In this document: piece after piece, positions 49,627 through 58,175 of the stretch | Layout of the letters: every line of letters begins with the position of its first letter | Position numbering within the stretch: position 1 is the first letter of the stretch | Source: Candidatus Poribacteria bacterium | GTDB lineage: Bacteria; Poribacteria; WGA-4E; JAJDTR01 | DNA: 64,000 nucleotides | Reading direction: 5' to 3' | Assembly: GCA_965222225.1 (NCBI GenBank) | Contig: CBDCTK010000002.1 | Location: 4,896,001 to 4,960,000 of the forward strand | Notes under the pieces: generated by a model | Told to the model about the DNA's origin: nothing | Databases searched by the model: none | Seen by the model: the letters and a program-made list of their open reading frames with translations, nothing else | Translations under genes and position numbers: made by a program

Positions 49627-49866
49627 CTACTGAACCACATCTCCCTCAACGGGCTCAACTTCAACTTTGATGCTCCTGAGGTGATCCACCGCCCGCTCAA
49701 GCTCATCGCCTTCGCCCGTGATTTCCAGTACAACCCAACCGGCGTCGGTTGTCACGTTGGCTCGCCGGATGTTTGTTACTATATTGTACTGTTTCCCGAT
49801 GTTATAAATTACAGGTTCAGTGATCCGGCTTGGTGGGAAACTCAACCGTACTCTTAGGAAAGCCAT
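49627..49866 (-). CDS. NIL domain protein
   Basis: EPVIY...TNIRRANV...GWVVLEITG; AGAGG RBS. Confidence 0.85.
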   Translation of the reverse strand: MAFLRVRLSFPPSRITEPVIYNIGKQYNIVTNIRRANVTTDAGWVVLEITGEGDELERAVDHLRSIKVEVEPVEGDVVQ

Positions 49867-50073
49867 ATCTATTGCCTCTTAGAGGAAGTTTGTGGGGAAG
49901 TTAATTTCAATGGCGCTAATCTCAAGTGGAGAAAGGTAAACTAACCACAAATACGCAGAAAAGCGAATTCAGGAAGAAATGGGGTAAGAGAGAATTAATG
50001 TGTCGGGAGCAACGGTGTGAAGTGCGTGAATCTTTTGTTCAGAACAACTCGCCTGAAAGTATTGCCCAACCTT

Positions 50074-50544
50074 TTAAATATCACCCGCTGGGCTAATTGG
50101 AACTTCAACGAAATCCTCCGCGGTGTCATCCCAAGAGTACGCTCGCGCAACGTTAATTTGTCGATCGTAGAGCGAGATTACAACGTAGGTAATCTCCGGA
50201 TAATTCGGTATTCCCCAAGGCTCCGTCGCGTCGGTTTTGTCTTTCTCGGAGAAATAAGCGTCTTCATTTGGATGTGAATGGTAGAACGCCTTAATCTGCC
50301 TGCCTTCGGTGCCGACTTCTCTATGTATCTTGATAAGGTCGTTTGGATGCATCAAGTAAGCGGTGCGAGCGTCGCGCGGATATGACTCCGGGTCTTCAGC
50401 ATGGCGCTCATTCTGAACGTTCTTGCAGCGTCTGACGAACTCCTGAACTCCATCTGTCAAAATCGCACCGCAGCACTCATTCGGGAATTCCTTCATTGCG
50501 TGGGCGCAGATTTGATCTATGGTCTCGCTCCGCAACTCTAGCAC
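50074..50544 (-). CDS. JAMM/MPN+ metalloprotease (Mec-like CysO-cysteine peptidase)
   Basis: PNECCG and YHSHP-x6-S-x2-D JAMM motif. Confidence 0.92.
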   Translation of the reverse strand: MLELRSETIDQICAHAMKEFPNECCGAILTDGVQEFVRRCKNVQNERHAEDPESYPRDARTAYLMHPNDLIKIHREVGTEGRQIKAFYHSHPNEDAYFSEKDKTDATEPWGIPNYPEITYVVISLYDRQINVARAYSWDDTAEDFVEVPISPAGDI

Positions 50545-50676
50545 ATCAATGTCTCCATACTGAACACAATCCGATAAGGCACCGCCGGAAGTTGGGTATC
50601 AAAAGTGCTGAGGCCCAACGAGTGTACCTTTATCTTAGACGGGGAATCTACTTTGCCTCAGATGACGTAGTACATA

Positions 50677-50955
50677 CTAGCTCCCGCCCGCAATAGCGGG
50701 GATTATTGAGACTTCGTCACCATCGTTAACCGCAGTAATCTTTCCGTCCAAGAATCGAATATCTTCATCGTTGAGATAAATGTTGACGAAACGGCGGATA
50801 TTTCCAGCTTCGTCGCAGATTCGTTCTTTGATCCCCGCATGGTTGGCTTCAAGATTTTCAATGATGCTCTCAATGTTAGATCCATCGACCTCCACTTCGG
50901 CTTGATCGTTTGTAAGTTTCCTAAGTGGAGTTGGAATGCGTACTGTAACAGCCAT
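50677..50955 (-). CDS. MoaD/ThiS/CysO-family sulfur carrier (ubiquitin-like)
   Basis: IPTPLR, FVNIYLNDEDIR and C-terminal PAIAGGS. Confidence 0.93.
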   Translation of the reverse strand: MAVTVRIPTPLRKLTNDQAEVEVDGSNIESIIENLEANHAGIKERICDEAGNIRRFVNIYLNDEDIRFLDGKITAVNDGDEVSIIPAIAGGS

Positions 50956-50988
50956 GAAGTAAAATCCCTTCCTAATTTGGTTGATTTG

Positions 50989-51750
50989 TTATATCGCAAA
51001 GTGTAAACCACACTCTTTGTTGTTTTCGGATGACGCCGCGTTTTGCCAGCGCCATCGTCCTGCTCTCTTCGGTTCACCCGGCAGTATCCGCGTTGTACAG
51101 ACAACGCAACCGAGCGATTCAAAATAAGCCCCGTGCTCATCCGGTTTGAGTAGCGGATTCACCGGTACATCGTTTTGGCTTATAAACTGCCACACCTGTC
51201 CCTCAGTCCAGTGTGCTAACGGATTGACTTTCAAAACAGAGCGGCCGCCATGATTAATAAGTTCCGATTTGGGTGTGAGCCCTCTGTGTTCAGACTGATC
51301 TCGCCGCAGCCCGGTGAACCAGACATCAATGGTGTCTAATAGCCGTTGCATCGGTCTAACTTTTCTTATCTCACAACAAAAGTTCTGCTTATCTTTGCTG
51401 TCAAAAAACAGATGCTCGCCATGTTTTGACACCATTCGATCGACTTCCTCTGAATCCGGTTTGATTCGTTCGATTTGGATGTCGTAACGCGCCTCCACGT
51501 GTTCAAAGAACTCGTACGTCTCCGGAAATAAACGCAGAGTATCAAGGGTGCAGACACGAAACGGGAGGTTATTTTCATGTGCTAGGTGAATCAGCACCAT
51601 ACCGGACAGTTGTCCACTCGTCACAATTGCGGCACGCTCTTCGAAACGCTTGAATAAACTAAAGAGGATCTCCTTGGGATCTTCAGTCGAATTGACCTGA
51701 TAACAGAGATCTTCAGTAATGGGAGTTCGTGAATGAATGGGTTCAGTCAA
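50989..51750 (-). CDS. cysH: Adenylyl-sulfate (APS) reductase, [4Fe-4S] CysH type
   Basis: LDT, CC..RK, TGLRRDQ, SLGCVVCT, RAGRW and ECGLH. Confidence 0.92.
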   Translation of the reverse strand: MTEPIHSRTPITEDLCYQVNSTEDPKEILFSLFKRFEERAAIVTSGQLSGMVLIHLAHENNLPFRVCTLDTLRLFPETYEFFEHVEARYDIQIERIKPDSEEVDRMVSKHGEHLFFDSKDKQNFCCEIRKVRPMQRLLDTIDVWFTGLRRDQSEHRGLTPKSELINHGGRSVLKVNPLAHWTEGQVWQFISQNDVPVNPLLKPDEHGAYFESLGCVVCTTRILPGEPKRAGRWRWQNAASSENNKECGLHFAI

Positions 51751-51852
51751 CGAAAATATCCGCCCTTCTTCATGCAGTTTGGGGTTAAGTTCGTACGGAG
51801 TTAGCAGCCTTATCCTGCAAGAAAGTTAGTTCCTATTTTTGGGAATGAGCAC

Positions 51853-52803
51853 TCATGGCAATAAACTCATAATGTCGGTTTTGGGTTCAAAAAATTCACT
51901 CAAGCTAAAATACCGCTCCCCTGTATCGGGTAAGATGGTGACGACTGTTTTGTCTTCGCCGAGGTCTTTGGCGATTCTTAGTGCGGCATGGACGTTTGCA
52001 CCTGATGACATCCCGACGAGCAACCCCTCGGTTTTGGAAATGTGCTTCATCATCCGATATGCCTCTTCATCGGGCACGGTGAGTACTTGATCGATAATGT
52101 CTACGTTCAGGATCTCCGGGATTATTCCCGCACCGATACCGTCGATCCGCGTTGGCCCCGGTTCACCCCCCGAGATAACTGGTGAAACGTCCGGTTCGAC
52201 TGCAACCACTTGCACATCGGGATAGTGTGACTTGAGGACTTCGCCCACCCCGGTCAATGTACCACCCGTACCCACACCCGTAACAAAAAAGTCAACCGGA
52301 CGATCCAACGCCTTTATAATCTCGCGCGCTGTGGTCTTTCGATGAATCTCCGGGTTTGCCGGGTTCTTGAATTGATTGGGCATAAAGTGACGTGGATTCT
52401 GCCGCACAATTTCCTCTGCTTCCCCAATTGCGCCAGCCATCCCCGCATTCTCGGGAGTCAAAATAATCTTGGCACCAAAGGCAGACAGGAGCGTATGTTT
52501 CTCTTGGCTCACGTTCTCCGGCATAGTCAAAACCACAGGATACCCCCTTGCAATGCCGACAGCCGAAATTCCTAACCCCGTATTCCCGGCTGTTGGCTCG
52601 ACGATTGTATAACCCGATTTCAGTACCCCGCGTTCCTCCGCATCGGCAATCATCGCATGCGCAATTCGGTCCTTGATACTGCCGCCCGGGTTGTAGGATT
52701 CCAGTTTCGCCACAATCGTTGCGTCATTCTTTCTGCGCAGACGGTTAAGATGAACCAGAGGGGTATTTCCAATCAAATCAATAATGCTGTTAGCAAGTTT
52801 CAT
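51853..52803 (-). CDS. cysK: Cysteine synthase A
   Basis: IGNTPL, NPGGSIKDR, EPTAGNTG, GTGGT and PDTGERY. Confidence 0.93.
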   Translation of the reverse strand: MKLANSIIDLIGNTPLVHLNRLRRKNDATIVAKLESYNPGGSIKDRIAHAMIADAEERGVLKSGYTIVEPTAGNTGLGISAVGIARGYPVVLTMPENVSQEKHTLLSAFGAKIILTPENAGMAGAIGEAEEIVRQNPRHFMPNQFKNPANPEIHRKTTAREIIKALDRPVDFFVTGVGTGGTLTGVGEVLKSHYPDVQVVAVEPDVSPVISGGEPGPTRIDGIGAGIIPEILNVDIIDQVLTVPDEEAYRMMKHISKTEGLLVGMSSGANVHAALRIAKDLGEDKTVVTILPDTGERYFSLSEFFEPKTDIMSLLP

Positions 52804-52804
52804 A

Positions 52805-53257
52805 TCAGATTGAATAGGGAATTGAGTGCACAGGCCGAGCAAGCTGCTTGAACTTCCGGGCTTGACAACATAGTTCTTGCAATGTCTTTGCGTTTAAGAC
52901 GCTACAAATACCGCTCTCGATTTCCAGCAGCAAAGTTTCCATGCACCTGTTGGTTGCGTCACATTGTGAGGAGGCGTCAAAACTCTCCGTAAAATTGACG
53001 GGTCCCTCGACTGCTTCAAAGATGTCGCCGATGCGAATTTCGTTTGGAGGGAGGCCCAGGCTGTATCCGCCATCGGGCCCCCGACGACTCCTGGTCAAGC
53101 CGGACTGCTTGAGTTGAAGGAGTAACTTCTCAAGAAAAGGGCGCGAAATGCCGTGTTTCTCCGATAGTTCCGCTACCGAGACGAACTGTTGAGGATCTTG
53201 CAGCGCTAACTCTAGCATCGCTAGGACTGCATATTTTAACCGAGCGGATAGACGCAT
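52805..53257 (-). CDS. Rrf2 family transcriptional regulator (CymR/IscR-like)
   Basis: Winged helix with SRRGPDGGY and IFEAVEG; ATG at 53257 with an AAGGAG RBS. Confidence 0.92.
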   Translation of the reverse strand: MRLSARLKYAVLAMLELALQDPQQFVSVAELSEKHGISRPFLEKLLLQLKQSGLTRSRRGPDGGYSLGLPPNEIRIGDIFEAVEGPVNFTESFDASSQCDATNRCMETLLLEIESGICSVLNAKTLQELCCQARKFKQLARPVHSIPYSI

Positions 53258-53273
53258 CTTTACTCCTTCTCTA

Positions 53274-53329
53274 AAATCATGACTAATCTGGTCGAATATA
53301 ATTATAATGTATATGACCTGAAGAGTCAA
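53274..53329 (-). promoter_or_regulatory. sigma70 promoter and Rrf2-type operator of the cysteine operon
   Basis: Minus strand TTGACT-N17-TATAAT, followed by ATATTCGACCAGATTAGTCATGATTT (GAC-N7-GTC dyad resembling IscR type 1 sites). Confidence 0.65.
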
Positions 53330-53451
53330 ATTTATTTTGGCATTGTGCGAATCACTTATCTCCTTCGTATCTCATGAGCTCAACTTGGCACATTTCTAAG
53401 GTGGATACCAATCTCGATCATCAAATTAAGATGGACTTCCTGTATCATATT

Positions 53452-53524
53452 GTAGGGTGTGCACTGCGATAGAAATCCTCGCTGGACCGCGACTTCCTGT
53501 CGCGACCAAAACTCGCTTCTACAG
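53452..53524. repeat. Convergent GTAG-REP pair containing the right half of a GA-hairpin unit
   Basis: GTAGGG...TGCGATAGAAATCC...CGCGAC/GTCGCG hairpin...CAAAACTCGCTTCTACAG. Confidence 0.55.
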
Positions 53525-53616
53525 AAGACGCGCAATCTGAACAACGTAAGCCTTGTATGCAGAGTTCTTAGTTGCAATGACTATGCAATGACTATAAGAA
53601 AACTCGGTGTCTCTAA

Positions 53617-54852
53617 TTAGCCCTCCGCGACCCCTTGTTCAAAACAGACCTTACCAGAAACAATTGTCAAGATATTCCGTGCTGATTCATCAAGAATCTG
53701 TTGAATCACAGGCTGCCCGTCATTTGGTATGGCAATCCCAATCACATCCGCGTGCCAGCCTTTTTCCAATCTACCGACACGCTGTAGCGATAACGCCCTT
53801 GCACCATTGATGGTCACAAGGTCGATAATGGTCTCCGGTGGCAGGTCATCCTGCGTTTTCGCGAGGAATTTTAATTCGTCGAGCATACTGAGCGACCAGT
53901 TGCTGGCTAAACTATCTGTCCCGATTGCGACGTTGGTGCTGGCTTTGATGAGACGGGAAATGGGGTGCGAGGTGTGGTGGAAGTGGTGGTGGGCGCGAGG
54001 GCAGAATGCAACCGATGCCCCACTCGCGGCAAGGGTTTGGATGTCGGCGTCTGCGAGGTAGTTGCAGTGTGCGAGTAACGGGCGATACTCTAATGTGCCG
54101 ATATCCTTGAGGTATTGTACAGGAGAGCATCCGGGAGGCGTCCAATCGCTCATGGAAATACCAAAGGTGTTTAACAAATCGGCAAACTCCCCCGTGCCAG
54201 ATGCTAGAAATTCAATCTCATCTTTCGTCTCCGACAGATGAGTACACAACGGTAGATTGCGAGATTGAGCGAGTTCAAGGCAGTGGCGATAGAGTGTCGC
54301 GGATGTTGAGTATGGAGCGTGTGGCGAAACCGCAGGCTGAAACAATGCGTCTGGGTGGGGTGACGATGCAAAATATTCGTTTATGCGGTCAACGCCAATC
54401 TGTGTTCGCTCAGGTGAAAATCCTGTCGTCTCAAAGAAAACAACCGCACGAATTGGTGAATCTTTGTGAGTGTGAGCTGACTTTCCAAATCCATGAATGT
54501 CGCCAACCGTCGTAGCGCCTCCTGCCAAACTCATTTCAATCCCATCTTTGACGGCGGAATCCACCCATTCCGGGTCGGACTTATGATTCTGGATGAGCTG
54601 TAAAAGCCAGTCTGTAAATCGTGGAGTTCGTTGGATTAAGTCTTGATGGTGTGTCAGCTCAAGGTGCGTGTGCGCGTTCACCAATCCTGGCATGATAACC
54701 GCCTCACCCAGATCTCGTACCTTGGAGTTGTTCCCTTTCCTTACTGCTCCGTACGTGCCGATGTCCACAATCTGTGAACCATGGATAGCAATTGCCCCAT
54801 TTTCGATGACTTGGCGGCTATCTGGCAAGAGGTATTTTGCGCGTAATATCAA
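53617..54852 (-). CDS. Metal-dependent amidohydrolase/deaminase (MTA/SAH or aminodeoxyfutalosine deaminase-like)
   Basis: PGLVNAHTHLE, SPHAPYS, HLSE, AHCN and IGTDS. Confidence 0.9.
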   Translation of the reverse strand: MILRAKYLLPDSRQVIENGAIAIHGSQIVDIGTYGAVRKGNNSKVRDLGEAVIMPGLVNAHTHLELTHHQDLIQRTPRFTDWLLQLIQNHKSDPEWVDSAVKDGIEMSLAGGATTVGDIHGFGKSAHTHKDSPIRAVVFFETTGFSPERTQIGVDRINEYFASSPHPDALFQPAVSPHAPYSTSATLYRHCLELAQSRNLPLCTHLSETKDEIEFLASGTGEFADLLNTFGISMSDWTPPGCSPVQYLKDIGTLEYRPLLAHCNYLADADIQTLAASGASVAFCPRAHHHFHHTSHPISRLIKASTNVAIGTDSLASNWSLSMLDELKFLAKTQDDLPPETIIDLVTINGARALSLQRVGRLEKGWHADVIGIAIPNDGQPVIQQILDESARNILTIVSGKVCFEQGVAEG

Positions 54853-55140
54853 AGTTGGTTGGGCGTGAGAGATTGCGTGTGGAACGTACGATAGAATGGT
54901 AACTGTTTAGTCCATTAATATCAAGAGCAAATGTAGGGCAATCGCTTATGATTTTACAGGTATGGGGGCAAACAAGCGTTTGCCTTATTATCGTAGAGGC
55001 CCCCTTGTGGACTTAGCCACTACTTTCAGGTCCGTAATATTGGAATCCCCTAGGGAGATTGGATTTTCATCGCACGCCTTATCCTGCACTCGTTTTACTA
55101 ACCACGGACCACTAGCCACTTAACACTTACATTGAGTGTA

Positions 55141-56514
55141 CTATTGTCCTCGGATGACCACTTCTTCCCCGTTTCGTGTTTCAACCTCGCTCGGCTGATT
55201 CGTCCCGCGTTGACGCGTATAAAATTTCGGGGTTTCCTGAAATTTGTTCCGATAGTAGGTGACGGTGCGGCGGGCAATCTTGGTATCGTATTCGCGTTCA
55301 AGAATTTCGGAGAGCTCCGCATCATTGTAGGGCTTTTTTCGTGCGCCCGACCTCAGTTCTTGACGCTCCCGAACGGCAATCAAGCGCCGCAAGACATCTC
55401 CTTTGCTTTGGCAGAAGAATTTGAGTGGAAAGCTGCCGTCCGGCGTATCAACGTTTTTGTGCCGAAGGATGCGACTCACGGTGGATTCATGTTCGCCCAG
55501 TTCTTTGGAAACCTCCGCCTGAGTTAGCGGCTTAAGGTAGAGCGCGTCTCCGCTCACGAAATAACGGTACTGATATTCATAAAGGAACATCAGCACGCGA
55601 AACGTCAAGCTTTTTCGCTGGTTGATATGGCGTAAGATATCAGCCAAATGTGCACCATCCTCATCTGCTCCCGGATCGACAGATTCAAGCTCGTAACGGG
55701 AATTGTTCTCAATCCCCGATTCAACGTGAATCTCGGCGCGAGGCGGATTGTCAAAACGCCGAATTGTCGCAATAACCCCCGTTTCATGCATTGATGCGGG
55801 GTTAGTCGGCGTATCAACAACGGTCACCTGCATGGAACTGGCAATCTGGACACGATCTACGAGGTCAACAATCTCCCGAACCGCGCTTTGGGGGATTCCC
55901 AACGCACCCGTGATCCGCTCCGGCTCGGTATTGTCCCCCATGAAATATTGGACAAACTCCGATTGCGTAATTTCATACTCCTCCATCAATTCGGCGAGTG
56001 CTTCATATGCCTCTTCCGAATTGAGAAAATCCTGTGATGTCGGCGGTTCCCGAAAATCCGGGTCATCAAGCCGCATGTAATTCTCTTGGGTGTCCTCATT
56101 GCCCGCCCAAGCGCGCTTGAGATAGCGGCAGTATTCGAGGGCGTGAATGAGTTTGCCTCGTGGAACCCGATATTTTAGAGCGAGTTCCTTGACATGGCGC
56201 CGGGCATCTTCTCGGAAAAAGTCTGTCTGCCAGTCGGCACGTGCTTCAATATCGAACTCCTTCATAAATTCCACGAACTGCTGGTCTTGGAATTCTTCGT
56301 AAAGATGCCGAGGAATGCGTCCTTTGAAGTTTATTTTCCGTACATTGCCCGATTCAACGAGACGCTGAAAGGCTGGTTGTGATTCAACCTTCTCCACATA
56401 CTCTCGAAATTCCTGCTCATCTTGCGTGAGAAGATTTAAATATGCGTCAGGCGGGCGTGACGATTTTATTGTCGGAAGAACTGCAATTTGAGGTTTGGGA
56501 CCAACGATTCGCAT
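55141..56514 (-). CDS. Divergent sigma54 (RpoN)-like protein
   Basis: C-terminal LKPLTQAEVSKELGEHESTVSR HTH, TPDGSFPLKFF and an RpoN-box variant ARRTVTYYR; the N-terminal two-thirds are divergent. Confidence 0.8.
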   Translation of the reverse strand: MRIVGPKPQIAVLPTIKSSRPPDAYLNLLTQDEQEFREYVEKVESQPAFQRLVESGNVRKINFKGRIPRHLYEEFQDQQFVEFMKEFDIEARADWQTDFFREDARRHVKELALKYRVPRGKLIHALEYCRYLKRAWAGNEDTQENYMRLDDPDFREPPTSQDFLNSEEAYEALAELMEEYEITQSEFVQYFMGDNTEPERITGALGIPQSAVREIVDLVDRVQIASSMQVTVVDTPTNPASMHETGVIATIRRFDNPPRAEIHVESGIENNSRYELESVDPGADEDGAHLADILRHINQRKSLTFRVLMFLYEYQYRYFVSGDALYLKPLTQAEVSKELGEHESTVSRILRHKNVDTPDGSFPLKFFCQSKGDVLRRLIAVRERQELRSGARKKPYNDAELSEILEREYDTKIARRTVTYYRNKFQETPKFYTRQRGTNQPSEVETRNGEEVVIRGQ

Positions 56515-56541
56515 TTGTCCTTTCAGGGCGTCTCGGTGCGT

Positions 56542-57408
56542 TTATACTGGTTCTCTGAATTGCCTAATTTCCTGGTATTTCGCGTAATCTGGCGAGTGCT
56601 TGAGCTGATCGTCTATATCGGCGTGGCACATGATACACAAAACCTGAAGGTTATCGTCGCTGTTATTATATTTTAACCCGTTAATGTGGTGGACGTGTAG
56701 GAATCGTTTCTTACTATCTTCCCCTAGATAATCTTGACACTTTGAACACTTCCATCCTGCTTTTTCTCGAAAACGTAGAGACACTTGTTCCCAATCTTCT
56801 GTATAGGTATTCCGAGGTGCTGTTCCAACCGAATACTTCGGCGTTGCCGTGATTTGAGAGGCGTACTTGTCAAAGAATTCCTTGCGGTCGAATGTATCCC
56901 TAATCTCATTCTTGCGTCCAGAACTGGAGTAATCTTGGTAATTAAGCAGGCTTAGGCAATTCTTGCAAACGTGTAACTGGCACTCGATTCCTTCCCTAAT
57001 TAGCCTTCGTCCAAACCTCTCGAGAAAATTAACCGTAAACTTTCCATGAGTCCGATTAGTAACTACGTATCTTTCATCAAACTTGCCTTTACGCCTCATG
57101 TCCCGCAGTGTGGTACAGTCAGCAATGTGAAACTTACGCAAATCTTCTGGGCCTAAGTGTTCTATCACTTCCTGATCTCCAATATATTGGTCTCGGATAT
57201 AAACGATAACCGTCTTACCGTCGCATTTGAGCGTCTTTGTTTCAAGATCTACTTCAATGTCCGACAATGATGACTTCTCGATTTCAAAGATGTCAATCGG
57301 CTTCCATTCAGAGCCTCCAGAATTCCATGGGACTAAATCCGCCCCCATCTGTTGACGCATAGCATTTAATTCCTTGTTCTGTAGGAAATCAGGTAATTTG
57401 ATTTTCAT
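56542..57408 (-). CDS. zorE: Zorya type II effector ZorE (HNH nuclease)
   Basis: CxxC...HVHH...N...NL..LCIMCH HNH domain; ATGA overlap with the zorB stop. Confidence 0.82.
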   Translation of the reverse strand: MKIKLPDFLQNKELNAMRQQMGADLVPWNSGGSEWKPIDIFEIEKSSLSDIEVDLETKTLKCDGKTVIVYIRDQYIGDQEVIEHLGPEDLRKFHIADCTTLRDMRRKGKFDERYVVTNRTHGKFTVNFLERFGRRLIREGIECQLHVCKNCLSLLNYQDYSSSGRKNEIRDTFDRKEFFDKYASQITATPKYSVGTAPRNTYTEDWEQVSLRFREKAGWKCSKCQDYLGEDSKKRFLHVHHINGLKYNNSDDNLQVLCIMCHADIDDQLKHSPDYAKYQEIRQFREPV

Positions 57409-58148
57409 TCTTTCCTTTTCAGAATTTCTAAAATCCGTTTGTCCGCGTTAGTGCGCACACGAAATTCGACCCGTCTCGATTCTTGTGGGTTTTGCGTGCC
57501 ATCAAGATTACGGATCAGCTTGCTTGAAGATAAGCCGTTAGCAGTAAGATTATCCCTAATCCATTTTCTGTTTTGTTGAATCCGTGGATTCTTGATTTGG
57601 AGCACATAATTGAGAACGTGTCTTGTTCTGTCCTGTGACAACTCCATGTTAAGAATATAAGCGACCTCCTCTATATCTCTTACCCCTTCCCATTCGCTTG
57701 AAGTGTGACCTTCAATCCGAATTTCCGCGATGTCATCCTTGTATTTATACTCGCCATCATTAGTTTTGGTCTCGGATAAAATCTTGATGTAACGTGGGAA
57801 AAACTCATTCAATATCTTCCTGAAGAGTGGACGAACCTCTGCGCTACCCCTTGCAAATAATACTTCAGGTTCTTTGAATCGCATCGATAGCATGTCCTCA
57901 TCTAAGACAACGTTCCATTTAGTAAGGTCGTCTTTGAACTCGTCGTAAAGGTCGGCATACAGATCTGCCCTTAATTGCTCGTAAGTGACAACAATCTTGT
58001 CTATCGCATCTTTGTCTGCGCTGACATCTAACATGTAACTGATGGCAATGAAAAGGAAGATTACCATCAGCCCCGCCATCATATCAGAAATCGAAATCCA
58101 GTGTTCCTCAGTATCTTGTTGCTTGGTGGCTAGTATGCTATCGTTCAT
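57405..58148 (-). CDS. zorB: Zorya ZorB (MotB/OmpA-like)
   Basis: WISISDMMAGL TM helix with the conserved Asp; IEGHTS, NMELSQDR and SRRVEF peptidoglycan-binding domain. Confidence 0.9.
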   Translation of the reverse strand: MNDSILATKQQDTEEHWISISDMMAGLMVIFLFIAISYMLDVSADKDAIDKIVVTYEQLRADLYADLYDEFKDDLTKWNVVLDEDMLSMRFKEPEVLFARGSAEVRPLFRKILNEFFPRYIKILSETKTNDGEYKYKDDIAEIRIEGHTSSEWEGVRDIEEVAYILNMELSQDRTRHVLNYVLQIKNPRIQQNRKWIRDNLTANGLSSSKLIRNLDGTQNPQESRRVEFRVRTNADKRILEILKRKE

Positions 58149-58175
58149 CGCACTCCTCCAGAGCTTTGTTGTAAG

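Noticed and set aside
50074-50955. Ubiquitin-like anti-phage conjugation system (UBL plus JAB, as in Bil or CBASS)
   Set aside because: No E1/E2 or cyclase; the context is cysK-cysH sulfur assimilation.
53573-53595. 11-bp tandem duplication (TGCAATGACTA x2) and loose heptamer runs near 38690 and 55100
   Set aside because: Short low-complexity intergenic repeats with no further structure.
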